Origin: Thraustochytrium aureum
Lineage: Eukaryota
DNA length: 64,000 nucleotides
Direction of reading: 5' to 3'
Assembly: GCA_012862495.1 (NCBI GenBank)
Contig: BLSG01000197.1
Location: 62,591 to 126,590 of the forward strand
Under the pieces are notes generated by a model. That model saw only the letters and a program-made list of their open reading frames with translations, was not told the origin of the DNA and ran no database searches. Below, one piece after another: positions 11,801-23,882 of this stretch (position 1 is the stretch's first letter; the number at the start of each line of letters is the position of its first letter). Both the position numbers and the translations under genes were made by a program.

Positions 11801-14800
11801 AGGGACCCCGCCTACGGCACTGGAGCAGAAGGACTCTGCGGCCGAGAAGGTCATTTCCTCTGCGCAGGTTCCATCGGGTTGAGTTGCAACGATGGAATTG
11901 CCCACAATGGCTTGTCTCGCTGCACCGAGCTTCCGAGCGCCCTTCATTGTCACCACTGGGCCGAGCTCCCGACCGCTCGCTCGCGCTCTCATATCGACGG
12001 GAAAGCCTTGGAGAATCCTGATGTAGACTCCGTCAACAACAGGGTCCGAGAAATCTGACGCAGTTGGGAACGGCGTGGGCGGTGGCGTGAGGAGCTTGTC
12101 TGCGTTGCTCTCCTGTCGCGTTACAGGGCGGAGGGAAGCTTGGCACGTGCTTGTGGGGGTCTCGGTCTGCGCGGGCTGTGCCGAGCACGATGCCATCGCA
12201 TCGAGCGGAACGCTGGCGTAAAGGGGGGCCCAGACGCTTTGTGGCGTGGCGCTCGATGTGTCCAGACAGAGGACCCGCGAGAATTTGCTTGCATCGCGGT
12301 ACATGCCTCCGAGCCACGGCCCGGGCGGGCTCGTAAAGTGCTCGAGTTGCCCCCAGCTCGACAAGGCAAACCTGACGTCGTCCGTCTCGAGTCCTAAGCC
12401 GTCCAGTGCAACCGCAGCGCCGCTCGTTTCCGTCGCCCCATTCGAGCTGTAGTTCTCGACAAACACCGTGTATACTGTGGCATGCACGGGCGAGATCAGG
12501 ATTCCTTCTGCCCCAACGTTCGAGCCCGGGCCTCGCGTCTGCATTAAGGCTGCATTGCCGCACTTTGGTCGGTTGTTGGACACTTCGCAGGCGTCAGTTG
12601 TCGCGGCGCCGTCAGTGACAGCAAACTTCGCGGAGAGGTCAAGGTCAAGCTCCGCCACGGACCACCGCAAGCAGATTCGAAGGGCGTCTGCTGGGATTCG
12701 TTTGCGGGCCCACACAGAGATGAACCCTGGCGTGGTGCTGCTGTCCACGCAAGTTTCCGATGAGATGCACGAGCATTCGAGGTTTTTGCAGACGATGCGG
12801 AAAGCCGTGGGCTCGACCTCTGCAGTGCCCTGCACCTGAACTTGAAAGCTGCCCTCCTCCTGCCCAACGTGACACCGCCGCCCTACCATGCAAGCGGCCA
12901 CACGGGTCCCATCCAGGTCCACTACGACAACTTGGCCTGTGGCCAACTCCGTAGAGGCGTCTTTGGCTGCCGCACCGCCGCAAAACGTGGCGAGAATGCC
13001 GGAGACCGTGAAGTGAGCGCCGCTTTCTGTTGGCGACGCAGTTGGCGATATCGTCGGCGGCTGCGTCGGCAGCTGGGTCGGCGAGGACGTCGGGCCGCTC
13101 GACGGCGCATCGCTCGGCACGGCGGTAGCTGGTGCGTTTGACGGCGCCGCACTTGGCGCAGCGGATGGGCCCAAGGTTGGTGCCTCGGTGGGTTGTGCGG
13201 TTGTCGGGCCAGCGGTCGGGCCATTCGAGGGCCTCACACTTGGCGCGGCACTAGGTTTCGCGGTCGGGCTCTTGGAAGGCGCCACGGGGGCGCTCGTTGG
13301 CTCGGACGACGGTCTAAAACTTGGCGCCAGACTCGGCGCCGAGCTCGGCCCTGGCGTCGGCGCGCGGCTCGGGCTGCGACTCGGCGCAACCGACGGATTC
13401 TCGGTTGGCGTTGTTGGCGCTGGCGTGCCAAGGATCGGTGAGCGCGTCGGGGCATCGGATGGCGAAGAGCTTGGGGCTGCAGTTGTCGGCGCGCCTGTCG
13501 GTGCGAGGCTTGGGGCCTCTGACGGGCTTTGGGACGGAGCGAGGCTTGGGGACTCTGACGGAGCACTAGTTGGACTCCGCGTCGGAGCTGCGCTGGGCGA
13601 GGGCGTCGGGGCATCTGTCGGTGAGCTGGAGGGCCTTGCCGTCGGCGAGCTCGTCGGCGACGAGGTCGGCCCTGCCGTGGGGAACAGGGTGGGGCTCCGC
13701 GAAGGGGATACAGAGGGGCTTCGTGAGGGCCCCTCCGTTGGCGTTGTAGACGGTGCCTCGCTCGGCGCGGTTGTTGGCGACTGCGAGGTTCTGCACTAGG
13801 CGAAACGCTAGGCGCTGGCGATGGCGCAGCTGTTGGCATGCTCGTCGGGTTGAGCGTGGGAAACGTTGGTGCCCGCGTCCCTTGCACTGGATGGGACGTC
13901 GGTGCAAACGTTGGAGCCTCCGTTGGGCTTTCCAGTGGGCTTTTCGATGGGCTCGTCGATGGGGTGTTGGATGGGCTCGCCGTCGGGAAAGCGCTTGGGG
14001 CTTGACTTGGAGTGGCGGAGGGCGAAAACGTAGGCGCACCGGTCCATTGCAGACCTGCCGTGGGTAGAAGGTAGACGTCTCCTAGATCCAGAGCTGATCC
14101 AACTTGGTTTTGGATAACCGCTCGTGCACGTTGGAAAATCCGGGAAACTCGACCTGCACTTTGGAACTCTGCGCCAACACTGACGAGATCTTTGTTTGCG
14201 CGCGAAGTGCACCAAACTGCACAACCGCGTCGTGCGAGGCCAAAGTGCAGTTGCCGCTGGCTTCGCCTCGAAAGCAGTACCTAGCCACGCCAATGCGAAC
14301 GGCTACGTTGTGAGCTGGTAGGTAGCACGCGGCCGTTCCCCGACACACCGGCTCTCCGCCCTCTAGAATGGGCCCCGTTCCGCCACTCTGCAAGACACGA
14401 GCTCGGTTTCCCTGTCGCGACCGGGTGCCATACGCGCGCCGTTATCGTCAGAAAACTCTGGTCTGCGGGCGCCAAGACCCCCGTAAAGGTCGTGCTCGGC
14501 CCAACGAGACACGGCTTGTCCACGCCCGAAAGCTTGATTGAGAACGGGAGCCGGTTGGCAAGCGGGCGGGTCGCACTGGTCGAGCACACCGCAAGCGAGG
14601 CCAACGCCTCTTTGATGGCGCCGAGCGACCCGCGAAGCCGCCCCACGAACACGCCCTCCGCTGTCTNNNNNNNNNNNNNNNNNNNNNNNNNNNNNNNNNN
14701 NNNNNNNNNNNNNNNNNNNNNNNNNNNNNNNNNNNNNNNNNNNNNNNNNNNNNNNNNNNNNNNNNNNNNNNNNNNNNNNNNNNNNNNNNNNNNNNNNNGT

Positions 14801-17800
14801 GCCTTGCCAAGTGAACAAGTCCACCTGCACGCCGCTGCACGAGCTCGGCGCTGGGCAGAGAGCCGAGCTGTGCAAGGTCTCGCTGAGCCCCAAGGAACCG
14901 CGCTCCAAGAGGTGTGCACTGTCCAAGCTGCGTCGTCACCGGGGCATCGATCCGGTTCAGCTGCAGCTCCAGACTGCCCGAGCATGTTTTGTCCAAGTCG
15001 TTGACTTCCAAGAGCTCCTCGCATTTCAGGGAGACGCAAGTCTTGTTCTCGCCACAGTCTGCCGTAAGCGGGAACCCGGCGCAGTCGATGCCCGCCTCGC
15101 AGGAGCTGCCGAAGGGGCAACGAGGACAGTCCCAGCCGCCGCAGTCCACGCCGGTCTCAAATCCATCTTTGACGCCGTTCGAGCATGACGTGCACTGGTT
15201 GAATCGACACTGCACGCTTTCGCAGTCGCGGTCGCTTTCGCAGGCCTGACCAACCTCGCAAGTTATGCCGAAAAAGCTGCAGTCTCCGCCGCAGTCGACG
15301 TCGGCCTCCCAGTCGTCCTTGACGCCGTTTGGCATGAGGCATTTCGTGTACTTGTTCTCGGAGATGGGCCGGCAAATCCCGCCAAGCCCGCACAAGTTGG
15401 TCTGGCAGTCCTTGTGGGAGACGCACGACTTGTTTATCGAGCAGAGCTTGGAGCAGGTCCCGCCGCAGTCCACGTCTGATTCAAGACCGTTCTTGGCGCC
15501 GTCAAAGCAAGAGCTCTCGTCCTGCCAGACCAATGGCCAAGTTGGGCGCGACATAGGAGGCGGGGGCGCGGCGCAAATGCCGTTCGCTTCTATTCCGCTC
15601 GCGCAGCTGGACCCAAATCCTCGGCCGACGGCGTGTCCTTCCGCGCAAAGCTGACCCCACGCTGCGCACGTGCCACCGCCGTCCACGCACGCTTCGCCTC
15701 CGTCAAGCTCACCGTTATGACAATGCTCTGGCGCCGTCGATGGATCAAGGCTGCTGCACGTGTTGTTTACGCATTTGCTCGTCCGGCAGTCCGCGTCAAA
15801 GAGACACGAGGCCCCTGTCGCGCATGCGAGCGCATTGCTGCCACCGCCGCAGTCAACGTCGGTCTCATCAAAGTTTTTCAGCTCGTCGAGCGGGCCGAGG
15901 CAAACCTTGGACTCCTGGTCGCAGACCCCTGGAGCGTCAAGCTGCGCGGCGCAGTCTGCGCTCGTCCGACAGCCCTCCAGCGGCCCACACAGCCGACCGG
16001 CAAGGGAGGCGCACCGCGGACCGCCACCGTCCACGCAGGTCTCGTCGCCATTCAGTACGCCGTCAAAGCATGAAACGCAAGTCCCTTGACCGCCTTCCGA
16101 CCCGTCACAAAGCCCGCTGACGCAATCCGAGTTGGCCTTGCAGGTGACAGAGTCAGAGCAGCGACGCTCGCAACGCGGCCCACCACAATCCACCCCGGTT
16201 TCCAAACCATTTTGCACGCCGTCGTCGCAGGAAATGCACGTCCCGTAGCCAACGTCTGGTCAGTCTCAGCGAAGGTGGTGTTTTGCACAAAGCAATAGCC
16301 GCTATCGCAGTCGCGGTCCACGGTGCAAGTCGCGTTGAGCGCGCAAAGCGCGTGGCCGAGAACGCCACAGACTGAACCGCAGCTGGTGTTGCATATCTCG
16401 CCGGCAATCAGACTCGAGTCGAGAAGGAACGGGACGCAGCGCTTCGATCGGTCCTCCGCATCAGCTTTGCAATCGCAAAAGCCCCAAGAGAATTCATCAA
16501 CGCGAAAGGAGGTGCCGCACCAATAGCGTCGCTGCTCATTTCCGCTGCCCCAGTGGCCCCCGTCCGCGTTCGCATATTGGTCCCAATTCGGCGGCCGTGC
16601 ATCTGGCCAAGCTCCATCCACGCAGGACGAATAGACCGTACCTTTATACTTGAACGGAAAGACGCAGGCCGTGCCGCGAGCACTTGGCGGCCCGCTTGAG
16701 ATACCTGCGTGGCAAGTAGGGACGGTGCAGTTGAGTGTCGCGCATTGGATGTCGGCGGAGCAAGGCTCGCCGATGGAGAAGACGCGCCTCTCCTCGGAAA
16801 GGCCGTTCAAGTAGCCTTGAATGTCCGGACCAGCGCCAAGTGCTTGGATCGACGGCTGGCGGACGCACGTTTGGTTTTTGTCGTAGCAAACAAAGTTTGA
16901 CTCGCAGTCCACATCGCGCTTGCAGCCAAGGCCTTCGCCGCACTGGCGGCCCACAACCTGGCACGACTTGCTTGCATCGGAAAGGCAGCTTGCTCCGGCA
17001 GCGGTCGCATTGTCGTCGCACCGGATGGCAACGCAGTCCTCTCCACCACCATCAACGCACGTTTCTGCCCCATCCTGCACGCCATTCGAGCAAGACGCTG
17101 CGGGGACCTCTGGTTGCGTTGGCCATACCGAGCACTCGCTGGAGCACGTGCGGGTGGCGATGTCACAGCACCCGGACGCGCAATCGCCGTGATCTACACA
17201 GCGCGCTTCGGACTCGCAGAGTATGCCACAAACTTGTCCACAGTCGACATCGGCTTCTGGCCCATCTGTGATTCCGTTGATGCAACATCCGTTCACAACA
17301 CGCGTGCAGACGGTGACGTCTGGGCACTCGGCCGCTGCATCCACCCTCGCCGGGAATCGGTGTGCAGATCGGCGGCTTCTCCATCGCAAGGTTGATCCTG
17401 TTCTGGTAGTCGATTGTGACGGCGTTGATCGAACCATACACCATTATCAAGACGCCGGTGGCGATCACGACGAGTAAGCTCACAAAGCCCCTGAGCATGT
17501 ATGGAGCTCGGTGATGGCGAAACACTCGAAGCGGAAGCGGCCTTGGAAAGGCTGGTGGGCGCTCGAGTTCAGCTGCGCGAGTCGGTTGCTCCCGCCGGTG
17601 CTTGCAGTGTCGCCGCCCGGCACTAACTCGTCACCCCCGCCGGTTGAAGCGAACGGACCTGCTTTCGCGTCGAGCTTCGAAGACCCCCTCTCGCGCGCAG
17701 TATCGCACGCACGCAGGACCTCTTCCTCAATGAGCTCCATTTGAGCGCGTCCCGAATGGTTCACGACGTGCCTAAGCAAATACGACAGCAGCGCAACCAG

Positions 17801-19407
17801 AAGCGCGCTGCCGATGAAGTGAAGTGCGGACACGGCAATCAAAAACGCGTCGACTTGGCTCGCAAGCGAAGCAAGCTTGGTGCAGCAGTCCAGGTTGAGG
17901 CATCCGTAATGGTTGACAAGACTCGAGCCAAACTCTGCTGGAACAGGATTCCGCTCCCAGACGAACGCCCCACGCGTCTTGTTGGCCTCCCCCGCCCCAC
18001 AGAAGACGGTCTCACCCGGGCCCTCCAGCTCGCGAAAGACACCAGGGCCCGTCTGCACGCGCCCTGTGCCCACGTACTTGGCGCACTGAAGCGAAGCGAT
18101 GAAAAAGGCCTCAGACAGACTGTTCAGTACAGTGCCGCAGTCTGCCTCGATGGCAGACGAAAAGCTGAAGTGGACGTGCGCCACAATCTGAATGAGTGCC
18201 AGCGGGAGGGCTGTCACCAATACCAGCACGCGAGCTCCGCGGAGCATGCGCACAGATTCTTTCCATGCGGCGAGAAACGCAACTGACGAGGCAAACACCA
18301 TGCCGCAATCAAAGCAGAAAATCGCGACAGGAAAAGCCAGCGGGATCGTCTTGACGACCTGAGAGGTCTCCAGAATCCTGTTCAGAGTCCAAATCGTTCC
18401 AATGGCTTGGAGCCCTCCGCCCATTGCAAGAATCATCGCTGCAACTTCAGCAGCGCTCTGCGACATCTCGTAGGCGCTGACAATTGCTGTTGTGTACACG
18501 AGGCTCACGACGTAGAGCGGGATGAGACCGGCGGAGAGCCCGATTTCGGCAGATGCGAAGGCGCCGTCCACCAGACCTGTTGTCCGTCCCGATGTGAAAG
18601 CCACGAGCGTGGCCAATGCTACAAAGAGCAGCAGGTTCAAGTACGCGACAGCTTGGAGGATGTGCTGGCCAGTCGTCTCGAGCCCGTCGTGGCGCTCCTG
18701 CTCGGCGCCCGCCCACTCGTTCGTGATTGGAACGACCTGGTTTCTGGGCCGCCTGGCCAGCGCTTGCCTCGTCGCGCCGCCCGCTGCTGCGCCTGCGCGC
18801 GTTTCCTCCAAGATGTCATCGTCGACCCTATTCGCGCCGTATAGGCCGACCCCGTTCACAATCGCGAAGCAGCCCCCGGCGATGCACCAAAACATGGCGT
18901 CCGGGCTTTGCGAGTTTGCCAGTGAAATACCGCCAAGCGCAGCGAGTCCCACCCCGCCGCACACGAGCATGGAGAAGGTGCACATCAGCCGCCGTTGAGC
19001 TCGCGCAGAAATACTGTGCACAACTCGCCGCTTTTGGAACAGCTCCAGGATGGCACTGGCCTTGTCGCTGTCTTCCAAGGCGTTTCGCGTGTCTGACTCC
19101 GTTTGGACGACCTGTTGGGCCTCGGCTCGAGGCCTTTTCCTTGGCTTTGGAGCTGTGGCGCCTTTGACGCAATAGGCTTTTGCGAGCAGCTTGCAGATTT
19201 CGCTCGCCGGCTCGGACAGACCGTACTCCACGAGGAGCGGCACTGGAACATGCTCAATTTGCCACAGCTCGCAGACATTGTGCGCAACGAGGCTGTCAGC
19301 AACGGCCCGTGCGGCGCCTGCAGCCAACGTGCTCGGGGCGCCAGAGTCAGCATCCAGGCGCCCAGCTCGGCGTGCAGCGAGCTGCATTGCTATTGGAACG
19401 AATACAT
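8838..19407 (-). CDS. Giant multi-pass membrane/cell-surface protein (~9 TM, Cys-rich repeats, FN2 x2, P/T/S stalk, YfaP-like, kringle, WSC), split by several frameshifts and gaps
   Basis: Consecutive, overlapping minus ORFs 17480..19753, 17163..17525, 16052..17437, 14448..16217, 14082..14393, 13234..13887, 11153..13285 and 8838..11303 continue each other's motifs across the junctions. Motifs include kringle NECRNPDG...WCFT...RWEYC, FN2 CVFPFKYKG and CLFPFTYRG, and WSC T..TCAEAC...CLC. Treating these as one gene is an inference. Confidence 0.7.
13020..14040 (-). repeat. Coding Pro/Thr/Ser mucin-like tetrapeptide repeat (P[TS]xx)n
   Basis: Translations such as PTSSPTSSPTARPSSSPTDAPTPSPSAAPTRSPT span about 1 kb. 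Confidence 0.9.
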
Positions 19408-19646
19408 NNNNNNNNNNNNNNNNNNNNNNNNNNNNNNNNNNNNNNNNNNNNNNNNNNNNNNNNNNNNNNNNNNNNNNNNNNNNNNNNNNNNNNNNNNNNN
19501 NNNNNNNNNNNNCCTTCGCGCCGGCCCCTTGCAAGAAGGACCTCCAGCCTTTGTCGCGCCCCGTTCCGTGCGCTGGGCGGCCGAAGGCGCGCCTTGCACG
19601 CGACAGGCCTGCCTCGCTGGAGGCCTGCTGGCTAGCGAACTCAACG

Positions 19647-19690
19647 CCTCGCTGCCTCGCTGCCTCGCTGCCTCGCTGGCTGGCTGGCTG
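19647..19690. repeat. (GCCTCGCT)4 followed by (GGCT)n
   Basis: gcctcgctgcctcgctgcctcgctgcctcgctggctggctggctg read directly. Confidence 0.85.
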
Positions 19691-20122
19691 CGTGCGCGGC
19701 TCGACACTGGCTCGCACTCTGCTCTGGCCTCGCGGGCTGCAAAGTTGGGCCAAAAAGTGTCGGTTGCAAAACGCGAAGCTGCCCCTCTATTACGAAACGA
19801 ATCCATCAGATACATTGTACTCCTTATTTAGAGGGCCATGTAGGCTTCTCGTGCAGGTCGGAGGTTGCTGGCCCGGCGTGCCCCGAGCCGCGGGCGAAGC
19901 AGCAAGCACGGGCTTCCCGGGCGGTCGCTGGAGCGAAGCGACGCGCGGCAGCTCTCCTCGGCCTGGTGCCCTGGCAGCGTTGGCTTTGCGAGACCACCGT
20001 CAAGCCCAGATTTCTTGCCAGCCATCTCCGAGTCCGTTCAAGTTGGGAGTTGCAGTTGGTCCATGGGCCTTCCTTCCTTCCTCCAACGTGACCGGTCCGA
20101 CGTGACCGGGAAGGCAGCTAGC

Positions 20123-20350
20123 TCGCATGAGCAATCCCAGCAGAGCCTTGCTCCCCGCTGCGCCTCCAAAACCACCTCGCCCTTCGAGGTCAACAACAGC
20201 AACAACAACAGCAACAACAACAACAACAACGAAACAACAACATCGCATGAGCAATCCCAGCAGAGCCTTGCTCCGCCGCGCGCAGCGCTGCGCCTCCAAA
20301 ACCACCTCGCTCTTCAACAACAACAACAACAACTACAACAACAATACAAC
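20123..20350 (+). repeat. Two-copy ~120-bp tandem duplication, each copy ending in a (CAA)n tract
   Basis: tcgcatgagcaatcccagcagagccttgctcc occurs at 20123 and 20243. Each is followed by cgctgcgcctccaaaaccacctcgc and then caa repeats. Confidence 0.9.
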
Positions 20351-20697
20351 AACACAGAGTCTTCTCGGCCTCGAGTTATCCTCTGCAGAATCTCGTGCGC
20401 ATTGAACAAGAGCAACGATTCACGAGCCCCACAGAATGCCCTGCAATGCCGCTTCGCGCCCTACGAGCAGGCGCCTGGCGTCGCGGAAGAAGCTATTGCG
20501 CTCCTAGGCGACTCCAGACAGCGGCGCTTGGCACGCGACGCCGGGGCGGCCGCGCGGGGCTGCGAAAGCTTCGCTCGCTCGCTCGCTCGATCTGCGCGCC
20601 ACGAACGAGGTCGGCAAACGGCTGCGGAAGGCGGAGTCGCGCGGGCGGACTCGGCGCTTCGGCTGGCGAGCGAGCGGGTGCGCCTCGGTCTGGCGCG

Positions 20698-22200
20698 ATG
20701 CCGTTCCCGTTCGATGCCACGCTTGGGCGGCGGCTGTTGTTGCGGTCGCGGATCGAACTGCGAAGGGTGTCGTTTGTGCGAGTCGCTGTTGCAGCGCTAG
20801 CACTGTGCGTCGTGCTCCTCAGTTTCGAGAGACTGCAGGTGGCGCACGTGCCCTACGAGACGCCGGTCGGGTTTATGCCCGGCATTGCACTGCTCGCGAG
20901 CAACCCAAAGGTGAGTGTTTCGAGCGGGATTGAACTGTTCACGGTGCGCGAGTTCTCCCGGATGTGCTGCGACTACGGGCCCACGTTGTATCGCAGCCCG
21001 ACGTTTTTTGAACGAAATTTCAAGCGCTATGGTGGAGGAGAGCGCGGGTTTTACAGCTTCGCCAAAGCGTTTCAAGAGTTCGAGAGCAGTGGGAAGACGG
21101 TCGCGCGCGTGTTCGTGCCGATTGCAACGCTGGGCGAGTTCATCGCGGAGTTCTTCGTGCACCTGCCCCCGAAATCGCGAATCGTTCTAGTCACTGGACA
21201 AGAGGACTGCGGGCCTGCCGAAGTGTTTGGCTATGGGCGCATGGGCTGCTGGCTCGATCTACCCATCACATTGTCCGCCTTTCTGCGCGACGACCGGCTG
21301 GTTCACTGGTTTTCGCAAAACTATGACTTGACAAACTGCCGCTCGGTGCCGACTTTTCCGGCGGATTGCAAAGACCCTGAGCTCAGCGCGAAGGAGCGCG
21401 CCAAAGTGGAGCCCCTTCCCATCGGACTCGACTTTCACACCTTGGCAGAAAAGAATACGCTCAGGTTTTGGGTCCGCAGGTCGCCTGCATCCCAAGAGGC
21501 GATGCTCAAAGAAGGTATGTCTCAAACTCCCCTCGCATTGCTTGAAGGCGCGCCTGAGGATCGAGCCCGATTTAGTCGGCATGTCGCTGACGTTTCCTGG
21601 TTTGCATGATTGGTTTGCCTTGCTTGTTTTCCGGGTTGACCGAGTCCAGCTCGATCTACGAATTGGAAAGACAAGCCTTTGGCTGTTATCGCGGCGTTCG
21701 GGCTGCACAACTCCAAGCCAGACCGCGCAATACTTCACAAACAGTTGGCTACCGCGGCCGAGTGTGTTTTGAGGCCGCAGCTGCAGCTCGGGCGCAAGGA
21801 GTTTTGGGAACTCCACAATTCGGCCGCCTTTGTCTTCAACCCCCAAGGGAACGGCATCGGTAAGTGAACGGCGGGCGGTGATTTCATGAGAATCGCGGGG
21901 CCGCGCGCGCTGACTGGCAGCCCGGTGGCGGACGCTGCAGACACACACCGTGTTTATGAGGCGCTCAACCTCGACACGGTGCCGGTCGTGCGATCGAGCC
22001 CGATAGACAGCCTATACCGCCAGTTTCCAGTGGTCATCCTCACTTCCTGGGTCGAGTTTGTGTCTTGTGAACAACTTGAGGACTGGAAACGCGGCATCCA
22101 AGAGAGGTTTGGGGAGGACCCCTTCGCGAACCCGCTCGTGCAGCGCAAGCTTCGACTCAACTACTGGTACGATCTCGTACTTCAGCAAACGCTGTCTTGA
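20698..22200 (+). CDS. Type II membrane exostosin/GT47-like glycosyltransferase; introns 21515-21649 and 21860-21940
   Basis: N-terminal TM anchor (VAVAALALCVVLLSF). Splicing the two GT..AG introns (gtatgt...tccag and gtaagt...tgcag) restores PQGNGIDTHRVYEAL..VPVV. WFSQN and PLPIGLDFH are also present. Confidence 0.8.
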
Positions 22201-22328
22201 AGCTGTTTGGCGGCTGGGCCGCGAGAGCGAAGCGGGGAGGCTCCGTGACGAACTTGATGGCGAGCTTCTAGGACCAGGTTCCCGCAGCCTCGACCGATTC
22301 GCGCTGCGCTGCTCCAGCAGCCGAAGCG

Positions 22329-22471
22329 CTCTCGTGCATAGGCCAACAGGANNNNNNNNNNNNNNNNNNNNNNNNNNNNNNNNNNNNNNNNNNNNNNNNN
22401 NNNNNNNNNNNNNNNNNNNNNNNNNNNNNNNNNNNNNNNNNNNNNNNNCTCTCGTGCATAGGCCAACAGGA
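22329..22471. other. Identical 23-mer on both sides of an N-gap (probable unmerged contig overlap)
   Basis: ctctcgtgcataggccaacagga immediately precedes and immediately follows the gap. Confidence 0.85.
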
Positions 22472-22508
22472 AGGACTTGCAAGTACTGAGCACCCTTTCG
22501 ATTACAAA

Positions 22509-23882
22509 CTAAACGTTACTTTCCCGCGTCCGGCTTCGCGTCGCAGGCCGCCGGCGGAGAAGCGGGTCCGGAGGCGGCTCGCGCCGCGGCCTGCGCGCAG
22601 GGAGACTCACTTCTACACCCGAATCGTACTCGTCAGCGCCAGCGTTGTCCGCGTTGACAGGCTTGGGCAGGGACTTTCGAGCCAGCGACTTTGGCGTGGA
22701 AGAGTCGCTGTCCTCACAATCGCTCAACGTCTCAAAGCCGCGGCTATATTTGCTCAATGCTGCAGAGAGGCGCTCTTCGACGGTAGCGCCTCGCCCATAG
22801 TCCGTGGGCGTCTCCTCCTCAGCAGAGTCCGCGTCCAACTCAACAAGCTCTTGCGGGCTCGAGTCCTTCTCCTCCTCCACAGTTGCGCGTTTCGACTCAG
22901 ACTCGTCAGCTCGAGCGGGGCGTTCGATCTTCTGCCCGAGGAGGACGTGCTTTGTCATGACCGTGAGCTCGACAACGTCGCCGAAAACGTCGAAAACCCA
23001 CCCAACGCCGCCGCCTCGTTTCATTCCCGGTTGAGCAACCGTGCCTGTGCTGCCCTGGTCGGACGGTGGGATCGGGGTAGGTGTGGTCCCATCAGCCTCG
23101 GACGCGCGGGCCTCTGCCTGCTCGACAGCGTCAGCGAATAGCCAAGACCCGCCGAGGAAGGACGGCAAGTAGGAACTCGCACTTGAGTGGGATTTCGCCC
23201 CGCGTGGGGCCCCCGACCTCTCCGCCGCTTCGGCCTTCTCCTCGACCAGCTGCGCAAACTTGGCCTCGCGATCAGCGTCCCCCTCTGACAAAGGGTCGGC
23301 AACGTCGGCGCGGGTTGTGTCGTGCAGGCGCCGCTCCTTCTCGGCCCGAACTTGCTCGACCATCGTCTCGAGATGGCTCTCTACATTCTCAAGGTGTTGA
23401 GGCGATGCAAAGCTGATGGTCAGTCCCACAATCCCGCTCGTCAGCGCGTTCTGGGCCCCTGTGACTGCGCTTTGAAAGGCCGGCACGATGTGCTCTTCAA
23501 AGAGTGCATCCTGCGCGTCAAGGCGAGGAGCGATCACGGATTCGTACAGCACGATCGCGCCGCGAGAGTGGGGCGCCATTACCCAGAGAACCAGGGCAAA
23601 CTTGACCGTGTAGTAGAAAGGGATCCAGAAGACAAAGACCTCAAAGTAGCTCTCGAACACCATCAGGCACGCGAAAACGGTCCAGAACTTGAGTATCTCC
23701 TTCATCTCCCGCTTTGCGCCGTGCGCATCCACGCGAAGTTCCAAGACCTCCTCTGCGTTCGGGTCTTCGCAGTTGTCCAGCATGATTTTGATTGTTTCGC
23801 GCTTCTTCAACAGCTTGAAGCTCTGCCAGCTCATCGAGAGCGCGCCCACCAGCGTGGTGAGCGAGCACAGTACCTCCGACAT
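22509..23882 (-). CDS. TB2/DP1/HVA22 (REEP) family protein with a long acidic/disordered C-terminus
   Basis: LKFWTVFACLMVFE...FWIPFYYTVKFALVLWVMAPHSRGAIVLYESVIAP is the HVA22/REEP signature. Confidence 0.9.
   Translation of the reverse strand: MSEVLCSLTTLVGALSMSWQSFKLLKKRETIKIMLDNCEDPNAEEVLELRVDAHGAKREMKEILKFWTVFACLMVFESYFEVFVFWIPFYYTVKFALVLWVMAPHSRGAIVLYESVIAPRLDAQDALFEEHIVPAFQSAVTGAQNALTSGIVGLTISFASPQHLENVESHLETMVEQVRAEKERRLHDTTRADVADPLSEGDADREAKFAQLVEEKAEAAERSGAPRGAKSHSSASSYLPSFLGGSWLFADAVEQAEARASEADGTTPTPIPPSDQGSTGTVAQPGMKRGGGVGWVFDVFGDVVELTVMTKHVLLGQKIERPARADESESKRATVEEEKDSSPQELVELDADSAEEETPTDYGRGATVEERLSAALSKYSRGFETLSDCEDSDSSTPKSLARKSLPKPVNADNAGADEYDSGVEVSLPARRPRREPPPDPLLRRRPATRSRTRESNV

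Noticed and set aside
13188..13799. Plus-strand Gly-rich (GAxxG) collagen-like ORF
   Set aside because: It is the antisense shadow of the minus-strand P/T/S repeat.
20123..20350. CRISPR-like repeat-spacer arrangement
   Set aside because: Only two copies, the intervening sequence is also duplicated, there are no cas genes, and the context is eukaryotic.
22329..22471. Target-site duplication or direct repeats around an insertion
   Set aside because: The duplicated 23-mer exactly abuts both gap edges, which is typical of an unmerged contig overlap.
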